DNA from: Caecitellus pseudoparvulus
Taxonomy: Eukaryota > Protista > Bigyra: Bicosoecida
Assembly: GCA_965644315.1 (NCBI GenBank)
Contig: CBFFRQ010000069.1
Span: forward strand, 1,178,001-1,242,000
Direction of reading: 5' to 3'
Length of the DNA: 64,000 nt
Shown here: positions 12,001 to 18,867 of the stretch, piece by piece
Position numbering within the stretch: position 1 is the stretch's first letter
How the letters are laid out: every line of letters begins with the position of its first letter
Notes under the pieces: model-generated
The model's input: the letters and a program-made list of their open reading frames with translations, nothing else
Database searches by the model: none
What the model was told of the DNA's origin: nothing
Position numbers and translations under genes: made by a program

Positions 12001-15000
12001 CCAGCAACAGAGTATACCATCTTTGCTTCAACAAACGGGTCAGCGTACGCGGTGCACTTCTTGTCTGTGGTCGGCCCATTCCAGCCACTTCACGTGCCCA
12101 TGCCGCAGGCAGCCGGCGCTGTTGTCCTGGGAGCAGTCTCAGGCAGAGCCTGTGATGGCTGCCTTCACATTCGCCCCTTGGCCAAGGGGGTGGCGCACTA
12201 CGTCCGTGTTGTTGCTCACAACGCGGCTGGGCGGGGCCAGAGCACATTAGCTGTCGTTGACGTACCGAGGCAGGTGCCAGCTGCTCCTGCTGCTGTCCAG
12301 GCCGTTGTTGCCTCGCATGAAAGCGTACTTGTTCGCTGGCAGCCGCCCGTGGACGACGGCGGCGGTGCTATTGATCGCTACCTTATTGAGTGGGACCCCC
12401 TGGCAACATTCAGCTCAACGCCAGCCAACTCTCCTGCCGGTCAGGCTCTTGTGAAGGTGGATAGCTTAGGAGCACCACCATTCTCCTTCAGCATTCACGC
12501 TTGGAACAGCAATGGAAGCCTTCGATCGCTTGTGAATGGGACGACTGTATTTGTGCGGGTGGCAGCTGTCAACGATGTACCCGTGGACAGCAATGCGATG
12601 TGGGGCAGCATGGACAGCAGCATCCAGGTGGTAGACAACAGGGTGTGGGGGTACAGCTCACCTTCACACGTGACAACAACATACCAGGCGCCATCGGCAC
12701 CTTCGAGCGTCACACTCCTCGCTCTGTCAGGAAGCATTTGCAGAGTGTCCTGGGCGCTCCCTGATCTGGACGGTGGCCGGCCAGTCACCGCATACACGGT
12801 TGCGCTTGACTCAGTCCCTTCTTTTGACTCGCCATTGAATGATGAGAGTCGCATCTTTGATGTTGCGCACTTGAAAGCTCTAAGCCCAGGTGGTGAGGTG
12901 CAAGTAGATCTTACTGGCTTAGAAAGCGGGAGGGTGTACTTTGCTCGGGTGCGTGGGGAAAACGCTGAAGGGCCCGGTGCCTGGTCAGCTGCAACAGGTG
13001 GTGTGGTGCCCATCGCACCCCCTGGACAGAGCGCGACGACGCAAGCTTCCACCATTTTACAGTCAGATGAGCCCGTGTCATTCATCGATGTTACCTGGTC
13101 TCCACCTGCTCACACAAATGGGGCAGAAGTGACAGGCTACCTGGTTGAGTGGTTCACCAAAAAGGAAGTGCCCACCGTGCAGCGAGTCTTCCTCTCATCC
13201 CCAAAGGGTCGAAGCGACATTGACACTGTAAGTGGCACTTTCATGCTGCTCTTCAAGGGTGAAAGCACAGTCCAGATGCCCCAGGATGTGTCGGCAGCAG
13301 ACATGCGTCGCCATCTGATGCACTTGCAGAATAGCTCGACAGGCAGCTACCTAATTCCCGACGTGAGGGTCACACGAGATGAGACCCCCTCCGGCTACTC
13401 CTGGGATATTGCCTTTGTTGGGATGCCGGGGGCAGTTCCACAACTTCGAGCTGATTCAAGCAACTTGGTCTCGGTAAGCAGGTGTGATGGTGCGGGCACC
13501 AACGCCTGCCTCGATCTACGTGTGGATGAGGATGAATACTTGCAGGGCAGGCGAGAAGGAGGCTCACCCCAGGTACAAGTACTGACTTTCTTGCAGGATG
13601 AAGCATCCAACTCAGCGCCACATGGCTTCGTCACTCTCTCTGTGGCAGGGTCGTTGCCGACACCGCCTCTCGACATCTCCAGCCCGGCGGCGTACATCGC
13701 TGAAGCACTAGGCAACTTGCCGACCGTGCGGCAAGTACATGTCACAACCACGCCAGTATCCACGAGCTGTTCGCTGGCGCATGGATGTGAAGACGGACTT
13801 CAGATGCAAGTCACATTCCTTCCGGCAGGCGTTGCCGTTCCACCCATCGTGCTCGACGCATCCAACTTGCAAGGTGGAGAGTCTCTCGTCGCCTCGGTGC
13901 ACTCAGATGGCGTGGATGTGGGCGCGGACTCCAGGGAGCTGTGCGAGCTCTGCAAGCCTGCAGAGATTCCTGTGGGGTACAACGCAACGCTCCTGCCTGA
14001 AGACGCATTCTCGTACAAGATCAGCGGCCTGACCTCTGGTGAGTCGTACGCGATTCGCGTGAGTGCGGTGAACGCTGCGGGTGTGGGCCAGCCCTCGCTT
14101 GCCTTGTGCACACCCAACTCCGCGGCGTACTGCCGAGAGAGCCCTTATCTCACCGTCCCGCAACAGCGCCCGGGGGCCCCAGAGGGCGTGTTGGTTGAAG
14201 TGCAGCCGGGTGTGTCAAGTGAGCTTGCTGTTTCATACCAGCCGCCCCATTCAGATGGAGGCGCATCCATCCTAGCATACCGAATCGACTGGTCGGCTGA
14301 TCCCGACTTCGCATCATCCAGCAGCGTGGAAGTGAGCTGCCCGAGCAACGCGGCAAGGCAGGTCGTCTTCATCTCAACGATCGCCCAAAATGGCTCATCT
14401 TCCATTGTAGGGGGCACATTTTCGCTGCAAGTGCAGCACGCAGGCGTCACTGCGCTCTCTTTACCCATTCGCTTTGACGCCACTGCGTCCATGAGCGATG
14501 AAGAGCCTGGACAAGGCAGCGGCGTCTTCTGTGATCCATCTGCTCCTCATGAGCCTTGCGACCAGAGTGCAGTTGCGAATCCGGGAAGCATGCAATCTCA
14601 CCTTCAGTATCTGCCAAACGTACACAGTGTGTCTGTCAGTCGGGCAGGCACCAATGGTGAGCACGTGTGGGCCGTGACATTCAATGACGCTGGAGGGGAC
14701 TGGCATGTCAGCATCGTCGACAACAGCCTGGAGAATAGCTCCGGTAGCGTCGGGTCGAGTGGGGTCGCCATCCACACAGATGTCAAAGTGCAGGGAGAAG
14801 ACCCCTCCTCCCTTCACTGCCTGGGCACACAGACCATCCGTGGCCTGACTCAGGGCCTCCCGTACTTCGTCCGGGTTTCAGCATACAACATGCTGGGCTA
14901 TGGTCCCGTTCGAAACGCGGTGAACCCAGCAGGCCTTCCTGCGCAAGCACCTATGCGAGCCCCAGGGCGGCCAACTGGAGCTGCTCTGAGCGTTGTGAGT

Positions 15001-16080
15001 GGAAGCCAGCTAGGCGTCACGTGGTCACCCCCCACGGACACGGGGGGCGACGCTGTTACGGAATACCTTGTACAGTACAGCACAGATCCTTCCTTTTCGT
15101 CTGCTGTCGAGGAGTCGCGCCTGCTGTATGTCGTGGATGGGGGGCCCTACTTCAAGCACATTTCGGGCTTGATGATGGGCACCATGTACTACGTGCGAAT
15201 CCTGGCGAAGAATAGCCAAGGCTACTCAAGCCCCCAGCGACCAACTCCTCCATATGAGTTCCCAAGGCAAGCTCCATCTGCTCCGATGAGCGTTTCAGCT
15301 GGCGTGACCAGCCAGAACATGATCACGGTGGCATTTACCCCTCCGCTAAGCACTGGCGGAGATGCGGTCACTCACTTCCGAGTCGACTGGGACACAGATC
15401 GTGACTTTGAAGGACTAATGTCTCTGCCACATCGCGGGTCGGCTGTGGTCAGCGCAGCAGATGAGGCTTCGTACACAATTACGGACCTGAGCCCCGGCAC
15501 AGAGTACTACATCAGGGTGCAGGCAGGAAACAGCGTCGGCTTCGGGCCGTCCACCCGTTCCATGCCGCTGAGCTTGAGTCCATCCCTGCAGCTCCCGGGG
15601 GCACCTGGAGGACTGACCGTGACTTCTAATGTCTCTCATCCATCCGTTGCTTGCGGTGGACAGGTCCTCGTTGAAGTTGCCGCGCCCGTCATTCCAGCTC
15701 ACGGGCTCCCATGCTCAGGCGGCGGGTCGAGCAGTCCAGATGCAGGAGCATGCCCTGCAGGGCTTGGTGTGGGAACGCAGGCCGATGGAGGTGCAAGGAT
15801 CATTGCCTACGAGGTGCAGTGGAGTGCATTCCCTGACTTTAGGGATACTTCCACGGACGGCGGCAATGCGCTTCTCCCAGTCCCGGTCGGAGCCAACTCA
15901 AATGGCCCACACACGCTTCTCCTACCTTCCGCTGGTGCAGAAGCTCCTATGGTGCAAGGAAAAGAGTACTTCTTCCGCGTCGCTGCGCGGACGAGGGCCG
16001 GCACAGGGCCCTTCTGCGGCCAAGGAGGTCAGCGATGTGACGGTGACGCTGTCTCCGCAACGCCATCCGCCGCCTGCTGA
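1..16080 (+). CDS. Giant (>5,350 aa, 5'-truncated) fibronectin type III / repeat-module protein, probably extracellular ('titin-like')
   Basis: The frame is open from base 1 to TGA at 16080 with no intron needed. It has about 14 FN3 signatures (PGAP..W.PP..DGG..I..Y.VEW ... L..G..Y.VRV.A.N..G.G) and about 25 copies of a second ~100-aa module (EVQ.I ... GTF.L.F.G..T..L...ASA..V..ALE.L..V..V.V.R..GY.W.VTF...GD.P.L). Many Cys and N-x-S/T sites; no C-terminal TM helix. Confidence 0.9.
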   Translation, partial: VSTTDGVEEVQSITVAHPDGVSGTFQLKLASEVTVPLRHNASEVEVAAALKQMKAISRATVHRQSLDSNLDGAVDGYKWILRMRSSDVHQTPDLPDLVVVSSLSPASAGINSCPSQCVDGSPPADYAALRLSSRSSNQRHECAAFADGLFSGPCMAGESTVFTIMSSVADDDRSSYGGSFVLSYGGKETRLLSATASAADVQAQLADVIGTDFSVEVDRYEYTQTGAPEVHQQQWGIKWHARITPSGAIDVEDLSVLTHSFTGEDAAIAVFRSIFVETSTARGPLNGAFVVRAQHEQTAPLSVDASAEAVQEEVEALLGVGKVHVDRTLSYRASGARVVGRPGDGFVRSSMDVSSSAFPVSQGSRLLIAGDEFSVCHDGVAAVNLDAQAIPLCEAANPNVQATFSGPGSAPLDLLVHANGYQWCITLMVSVHNVQDFFAIPGPGFAGVGSVLRTSTGAGLRPFTVHVGQPSPVHTIVLKDPFFNTATSVSYPDVGFRLEFDGRQTECLRWHSDDGEALSSKLTAAIQDVGGEPHVQAHAVKRGSGLEPDFFGYTITVSYSGAAESLVSIPQLSVTTAGCTDPAYPGTVLADEAVLHSRSLPWRETFLSLEPGREYQVRVSAENSFGIGEPSDAVHFTTPNLAQTPGAVQAVNLVDLHTGDGVEVFFKAPREDGGDPILKYSVEIDTLPTFTGTAYRKVDVASVPEEQEVTLNFASDSSRGGFFVLGLGIKRTDRLPWNAHARQIANSLARALGAYSQAYEPIEVNRAPYENGFKWFITFNGLSGDVGTLQADSSGLLGVKPTVTTNEVLKGRADIVPGSFSFEEQLISIEALSPLSGTFTLDFEDEQTEPISVGASAADLAAALDGLSSIHTVSVSAVPALAYSEFGAHPSHPAATHSEVASPARASAWMVTFTHMVHERYQGAGNIGMLRMNASLTLGTALRASVTEFKRGTEPLRLVLSGLSAGVSYFARVTAYNSRGHGLPSSVVSETPTSQPGPPEHVSVAVSNADSLDISWKAPQSFGGEPLSSFSVQWYAEPPVRPVQTVSVSASSGVPDVQHIQTLADADDIQGAFRVMMGNSTSEDIPHDASAAQVKQALLRMPSVNAVEVSRAPSWIRIPGTFRLEQGGSSVTVSDGGTAALLPLQLTPGTDLRVGTAEQFTEPADLPAFRVCSSCGAPTTAGFTLADARLSGSSTAATWEGETFEYYVLYKPGHGYVWSVTFSETGHVGRQERLVAEPGTGFIGTNVALQSRSKRAGESALSGVFRLSKGGATTAPIPHDATAEQVKSALTALPTVSTVDVSRIQNGHGFDWIVTFTSDIGPLPVMTMHDASLLGPDARGYVTMTRQGSAPGGYGHREVPVQMSQPDRTYSYTATGLQTGLRYTVQVAAANAHNGLGAATEVTESTQETPRTAPGAPSVVGLYVLSDSSLKLVWSYPDDGGAICSRYEVQWSKSSSFSGGLGQVGSLIYEDHAVSLPVTSRQFFQNLALLDAGVQYYVRVRAQNDMGFGAWSAIVSAMPGVQRPGAPLNLTVTVISGVQLLVAWEPPSQDLLVYGGNGGLPVERYLIEWDSPLFSLVASPAAGSFELEDGSATSYIIGHRDSITGYEDGTLERGQQYSVRVAAWSAAGYGDYGMPASGPVTLTDQPPSVIREMRVQAVGQSSLTSAWALPRFDGGRTLQSVVVETDSSEGFGAPRQDEIPFVFEKQAVTLKSSTSVEVQHVDVLVDVTNEVQTITSTVHGADEVQTIAFESRPVVAHVDTVTTSTVDVNEVQRITAGGIAAPEEQVITTTTPNAGNPVREVQVIKTSSVDIDEVHFIELWDDNAETQASQTVHVLSASHATTPAGLDAQTFTINCGLTAADKVTFEMDTDSSYVHGSTASYVHVTITNLTTHGIAWELSSALSLHYASAPSNQGAILPPGLAGNVLTVTCRDAREAGPVDDVAIANVFSSLGSHSRGSDDRHLDRNVTFSLSVDLSRCTLCTCSPLCYVGGAQAHADMSGAEMQTVLDSLSPLTGQVTVTREDNGTNANYRRWHVTFDGAAVNGDIPSATNSRQNAVHMHDAVLANADGFSGGDATRWGAVSEGNEINAGRFVVSYTDFYTGVTESLSVGGVLHDAPGSALEGALSLQERLQTLSKINAVSVSRSVPDAAGGYEWTITFSGNDGDLHALEVHSMSADPLGTSTGALVSVEVCPNSTACRNGEFIDPASTWTISIPGFTSSMAPLRANATQLEVAAYIHGMQDVNGAPHPAVNVGRPVQVPPYGMGWTGGFEFRVQFVGIPGDIPEVLVNDSGLHGVPEREGHLHRSASASVHTEAHGNTVQGWFKLQHRGSVTPAIDLLAGVSPSAPRQWPDPTAVATQIKAALESLSSIDEVTVSVDETVHGTGPYIPNAVGGFSWLVTFTDSLNGGNVEQLTVAMACDGTTSPAAPGTLACLQLRSPRSGGEVSLDLDTAVEGNQLDGSFKLSIGGFTTGELAYDVSAAELEAALELLHSTGPITVTRHLPSGVPSVQENEKQEFVWKITFSSDTHTGVDSASDWASGYSKSWGKNIGRSLTPLLSCDASTLEDSNKDVSSHACVTGVDEPGVSPVNGFFRLHLDTLTSCAAPGSPYACTDEETGDIRHDAQASRADAAALGLDPETSVEAALEALSNVGDVAVTRRAASSPFTGAYEWSVTFLRDGSSPMCLEGVPAACPSPGDVPLLSIANAGAGLPILSAEGDPSFNTTVSETTKGNVIAGNWSVRTASGYALPLLSFDVTADTLRQRLAESPDHPTLLVSRQRTSKFRTYQWRVTFVENQGFIPTGAGDIPNMLMNASLLTDGDGVSGSANMHVAQAVQGSEPLGGRFSIDMMGSNTGPRDVVFSISESRLELELESLNNVVDVAVRSNRSFGAGWAGQHVAPHGQPGGLRFTVSFLKNAGTTEGFTFPPGSGNRDALTPSFSGLSGTNCRVVVSTHQDGAEPLHGTFSLSVASQAVTLPYDASQTSVATALSSLTSTGQVSSSRHLYYGSLLGNVHIQSPGAAVLEGERGVDFASILAVGDKIRVGGPPLQASSADGEVWLGKAITVGGSPVLTMVEGFRQHLFVGATLRIGTLVANVTDLLAAEQTIQVVSPNLPLDSDPGAFKLVYVRPSGELRSSACLSLAASAAEMRNALSSLVSDPHVHVARAGNGSAGVGFSWAVTFKGLNDVASVRNAFNGSPSVVTVDVHNDAGVSASVECPAAAAGDLIFSSSMIKNGSAAEVTLSAPAASSSTSPVEVFYQAEVFSVVSATKEQQEVWMSAGSSGSFGLSVGASSTGCFNASIDESQALEVALRSMGLDAMVAFTRHRGTLETVYRIAFSAPGDQVDMTLDMSCSFTGEARISVPQQGTSGEVFEHHAANGTSLIPIHKGTLSPVGLYPVYKVNGWTHVVHFETHLGDVEGMGATSQLEGSDASVQVHDDFIQGFAPLSFTTQPLLSGIDYHVRASAKSAIGVSAWSATATGMPSAPPSEPTSLVVAPLTRVYEVQSVTTAARHLDEVQSIRTRAAEVPARQAIVTSAPDSGTLSGVVLVSLEGESMTFAHNASAAEVKQVLEAFSAVNRVSVTRNGQTAEGGFQWTVEFHNTSLPDPLPLVGCNASHLHSSVGEARCISRMERPKNVLGGTFYLRLGHHSTANLAHSASAGDVRRAVEALLNPQEADVAVSKLGPDAQGGCEWRVTFKALKGDVPELVPVSSLTGVRAEVTVAEVQKGNQLEGHFTLSFGGRTTDALPFDVSATALQTALNMLPSVDFVSVQRNVLQDEQDGCTWQVTFMQKGDLPLLGSSAAGLTGEGAAVLVQEQRKGAIESGSALSVSFSPPVNTGGRAVTAYTVEWDTTPTFSSPDAGSMHVAEADLLHQYQSVTLSADAASYSGTFQLQYNGSTTEPLPFWADAAEVRDALEALPSIHAVAVDTDDGKTPVGTGSLDASPAESVLLAHDLAAQFSVGDLIWVGHEKLRVRASSSAGALTRVYFGTYNDHTVVDYAESPATEYTIFASTNGSAYAVHFLSVVGPFQPLHVPMPQAAGAVVLGAVSGRACDGCLHIRPLAKGVAHYVRVVAHNAAGRGQSTLAVVDVPRQVPAAPAAVQAVVASHESVLVRWQPPVDDGGGAIDRYLIEWDPLATFSSTPANSPAGQALVKVDSLGAPPFSFSIHAWNSNGSLRSLVNGTTVFVRVAAVNDVPVDSNAMWGSMDSSIQVVDNRVWGYSSPSHVTTTYQAPSAPSSVTLLALSGSICRVSWALPDLDGGRPVTAYTVALDSVPSFDSPLNDESRIFDVAHLKALSPGGEVQVDLTGLESGRVYFARVRGENAEGPGAWSAATGGVVPIAPPGQSATTQASTILQSDEPVSFIDVTWSPPAHTNGAEVTGYLVEWFTKKEVPTVQRVFLSSPKGRSDIDTVSGTFMLLFKGESTVQMPQDVSAADMRRHLMHLQNSSTGSYLIPDVRVTRDETPSGYSWDIAFVGMPGAVPQLRADSSNLVSVSRCDGAGTNACLDLRVDEDEYLQGRREGGSPQVQVLTFLQDEASNSAPHGFVTLSVAGSLPTPPLDISSPAAYIAEALGNLPTVRQVHVTTTPVSTSCSLAHGCEDGLQMQVTFLPAGVAVPPIVLDASNLQGGESLVASVHSDGVDVGADSRELCELCKPAEIPVGYNATLLPEDAFSYKISGLTSGESYAIRVSAVNAAGVGQPSLALCTPNSAAYCRESPYLTVPQQRPGAPEGVLVEVQPGVSSELAVSYQPPHSDGGASILAYRIDWSADPDFASSSSVEVSCPSNAARQVVFISTIAQNGSSSIVGGTFSLQVQHAGVTALSLPIRFDATASMSDEEPGQGSGVFCDPSAPHEPCDQSAVANPGSMQSHLQYLPNVHSVSVSRAGTNGEHVWAVTFNDAGGDWHVSIVDNSLENSSGSVGSSGVAIHTDVKVQGEDPSSLHCLGTQTIRGLTQGLPYFVRVSAYNMLGYGPVRNAVNPAGLPAQAPMRAPGRPTGAALSVVSGSQLGVTWSPPTDTGGDAVTEYLVQYSTDPSFSSAVEESRLLYVVDGGPYFKHISGLMMGTMYYVRILAKNSQGYSSPQRPTPPYEFPRQAPSAPMSVSAGVTSQNMITVAFTPPLSTGGDAVTHFRVDWDTDRDFEGLMSLPHRGSAVVSAADEASYTITDLSPGTEYYIRVQAGNSVGFGPSTRSMPLSLSPSLQLPGAPGGLTVTSNVSHPSVACGGQVLVEVAAPVIPAHGLPCSGGGSSSPDAGACPAGLGVGTQADGGARIIAYEVQWSAFPDFRDTSTDGGNALLPVPVGANSNGPHTLLLPSAGAEAPMVQGKEYFFRVAARTRAGTGPFCGQGGQRCDGDAVSATPSAAC

Positions 16081-16090
16081 GCGCAAGAGC

Positions 16091-16117
16091 AATGCAAGGA
16101 CGTGTACAAGCTGCATT
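16091..16117. terminator. Pair of oppositely oriented AATGCA candidate poly(A) signals
   Basis: AATGCA at 16091-16096 (+, after the giant-protein stop) and TGCATT at 16112-16117 (AATGCA on -, after the CEP83 stop), both within a 55-bp gap. Confidence 0.55.
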
Positions 16118-16135
16118 ATGGAAAAATATCTGCGG

Positions 16136-18490
16136 CTAGATTGGTGGCACGCTCATCGCCGCCAGGTGTTGGTTGATGGTCTCCTTGCTCGCCGCAGCCT
16201 GCGTTGTCCATGTGCTGCTGCCAGTGCTGGCAGGCGCCGCGCTCGCGTGGGAAGAACTGTGGAGTAGCAAATCCCTCTCACGCTGCAAGTCCGCGACACG
16301 CCTTCGCATGGCCTGGACTTCGCTGTCCTTGCTATCTGCCACAGCATCACGCTCTTGCTGCGTCGCTGACAGCACAGCCTTCACCTGTTGGTATCGTCGC
16401 CACAGCTCCAGCAGCTTCCGCTTGTACTCCTCCCCCTTCTTCTTGGACCGCGCTAGTGCTTTGGCAGCTTCAGTGCGAAGAGAGTCGATTTCTTGCTCAT
16501 GGGCTGACTGCAGGGAGGCCTTGCTGGCCTCCCCCTGCGCTTTCGCTGCCGCGACAGCCCTCGTCGCATCGCTCGCTGCGCGCCTTGAGGAAGCAGCACT
16601 GGCAGTTGCATCAGAAACCCGCTGCGCCAGGCCACCACACCGACCCTTCAGAGCTTCAACTTCAGCAGTCAGGCTGGAAATGCGGGCCAACGCATCAGTG
16701 TGCTGTGCTCGGAGGCTCTGGTACTCACCCTGCACTTCCTTGTGGCTGGCCTGAGCAGAGCCCAGCGAGTCAATGGACCTAGCAGCCCGCTCTTCAGCGC
16801 TGCGCAACTTAGCAGTCACGTCCACGAGCTCAGCTCGCAGGCGGTCGCACTCCTCTGCGCTGGACGTCGCTGCGGCATGCGCGGTGGTGGCTTCTTCCCT
16901 CAGCTCGCGGATCTCAGACGTGGACACCATCACCACAGGCCCAGTGGCAGCGTCGATTTGAGCCTGTGAGCCCAACGCAATCAGTTGCCCTGCTCCAGCG
17001 GGGGGTGCCTGCTTCTGCCCTGCTTCTGCGGCTTCCACCCGCCGCTGCAGAGCAGACATTGACGCGGCGTGTTCACGAGCAGATGCCAATGCATCGCCCT
17101 CCAGCTGTCGAACCCGATCCTCTGCACCCTCGGCACGCCTGCTTGCCGCACGGGCAGTTGCTTGCAGGTCTTCCCGCTCGCGTGCCCACGCAGCGGCCGC
17201 AGCGTCAGCCTTGTCCGCAGCCGTTGCCGCATCATCCCTCACCCTAGCTTCCAGCGTGGACACCTTGGCTTCCAAGCGCGTGTTCGACCTCTCAAGACTT
17301 GCGAGTTGCGTGTTTGCAGTGGCGAGCGCCCCGCGCAGTCTGGCTGCTTCCTCCTCTGCCGTGAGGGCACGCCGATCAGCTGCCGCAGCATCGTTGGCCG
17401 CCGCACCAGCCTCAGATTTGAGCCGCAGGGAAGCGGCCTGTGCCTCTGCTTGTGCTGACTCCAGGGCCGTGCGTGCTGCATCGCGCTGCTCGCGCATCTC
17501 CGTGGCTTCTGCAGCAAGCCGGGCCCGGGCAACTGCAGCGTCATCCGCAGCCGCCTGTGCTGCCCTCAACGCATCGGCGGCGGTGCGCCCATCACCGTCA
17601 AGGCGTTCCTCCAAGTCCGCGATGCGCCGCTTCAATGTCTTCACTTGAGCTGTGTGGGCTGCTGCGGTCGCCTCGGCGTCAGCTGCGTGGTCTGCGCTGC
17701 TCTGCTCGAACTCAGCCTTGAGCAGCTCAGCTTCGCGTTTGGAGGTGAAGTACAGAGCCCGGTGTTTCTCAATTGCCGCCTCCAGCTCCGCGACACGCTT
17801 TTGGTGTGGAACCTCCAATTCCTCCTGAACATGTCATGGCGGGGGTGGCGCGTGTGTAGCAGCGCATGGCACTTCGGCAAGCATTCAGGCAGCGACGGCA
17901 GCTCGCACCTGAATCCGCACGCGCAGCACATCCAAGTCACGGGGGGGAGCCATCTGCTCCTGCATGGCCAAGAATTCCTGCTCCTTGCTCTCGAGCTGCT
18001 GCTTCCACTCAGAAACCAACTCCTCGTGCTTCTGCTCCAGCTCCAACTGTGATGCAGGGCGCAGCAAGGGTACGAGGCCGTATCCGAGCTATCGGCACCG
18101 CGGGGCCGCAGCGACCCTGAAGCCGGTCGACGCGCCACACGACGCGTCAACGCACCCTTGCCTCGGCCTCATCCATGTACTGCTGTCTGACCGCATCGTG
18201 CTTGCCTTTCATGCGCGTCAGCTCCTGCTTCACCTGTGCACACCCGGCTCGAGCAACGGTTGCACAACGCCAACCAAATTCCGCAGCATGTGACACGAGC
18301 ATACCTTTTCGTACCCAGCACGGAGGGAGTCATTCTCCGAGCGCAGGGACTGGGCTACAGAAAGCGTCCTGCCCAGGTCGCTTTGCAACTCGTTGATCTG
18401 CTGCAGTAGGCGGTCATAGTGTGCGACGCTTGTGACAGTTGTGTCAAGACTGCCACTGGTCACGTCCCCGCCAGAAGTTGAGCTGGCCAT
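16136..18490 (-). CDS. CEP83: Centrosomal protein 83 (centriole distal appendage coiled-coil), ~696 aa, 4 exons
   Basis: Predicted exons 18490-18305, 18233-18156, 18046-17909 and 17824-16136 are joined by GT-AG introns that keep the frame. The spliced sequence PPRDLDVLRVRIQEELEVPHQKRVAELEAAIEKHRALYFTSKREAELLKAEFE matches the conserved CEP83 block (L..LR.QIQ.ELE.P...R...L..E.EKYR..Y..L..E...LK.EFE). The rest is coiled coil. Confidence 0.8.
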
Positions 18491-18867
18491 CTCGACGAGG
18501 CGGCACTGGAAAAGAGCACACGGGCACAGTGGAATTCTTGGGCATGTGAGGGTGCGATGACCCGGCGCTGCTTCAGGGGTGTGGTGTTTTGTCGCGCGGG
18601 CTGTGCGCAGCAGGCACGCATCGCGAGCGCCACTTGCTCGAGCGGGGCACCGCGCCCAGCTGCCAGCAAATTCTACGAGAGACTGACGGCCCTGGTTTCG
18701 TCAGTGATGGGTGCCTTTGCCGCGGTAGCATCCAGGATCGCCGCAAACGTCTGCATCGCTCGTCGGCAAGGAGCGCGACACGCACCGAGTGTGTCACCCC
18801 GATTTTTCATTGGGCCTCGCCTGCCTCTTGGTCAGGCGGGCGGGATTCAAAGTGGGGCCAGCAATCC
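18491..18867. promoter_or_regulatory. Putative bidirectional promoter (CEP83 / orphan gene)
   Basis: 377 bp separate two divergent ATGs. Inferred from position only. Confidence 0.4.

Noticed and set aside
1-16080. Calling the giant protein titin
   Set aside because: No I-set Ig, PEVK or kinase regions. It shares only FN3 domains and looks extracellular.
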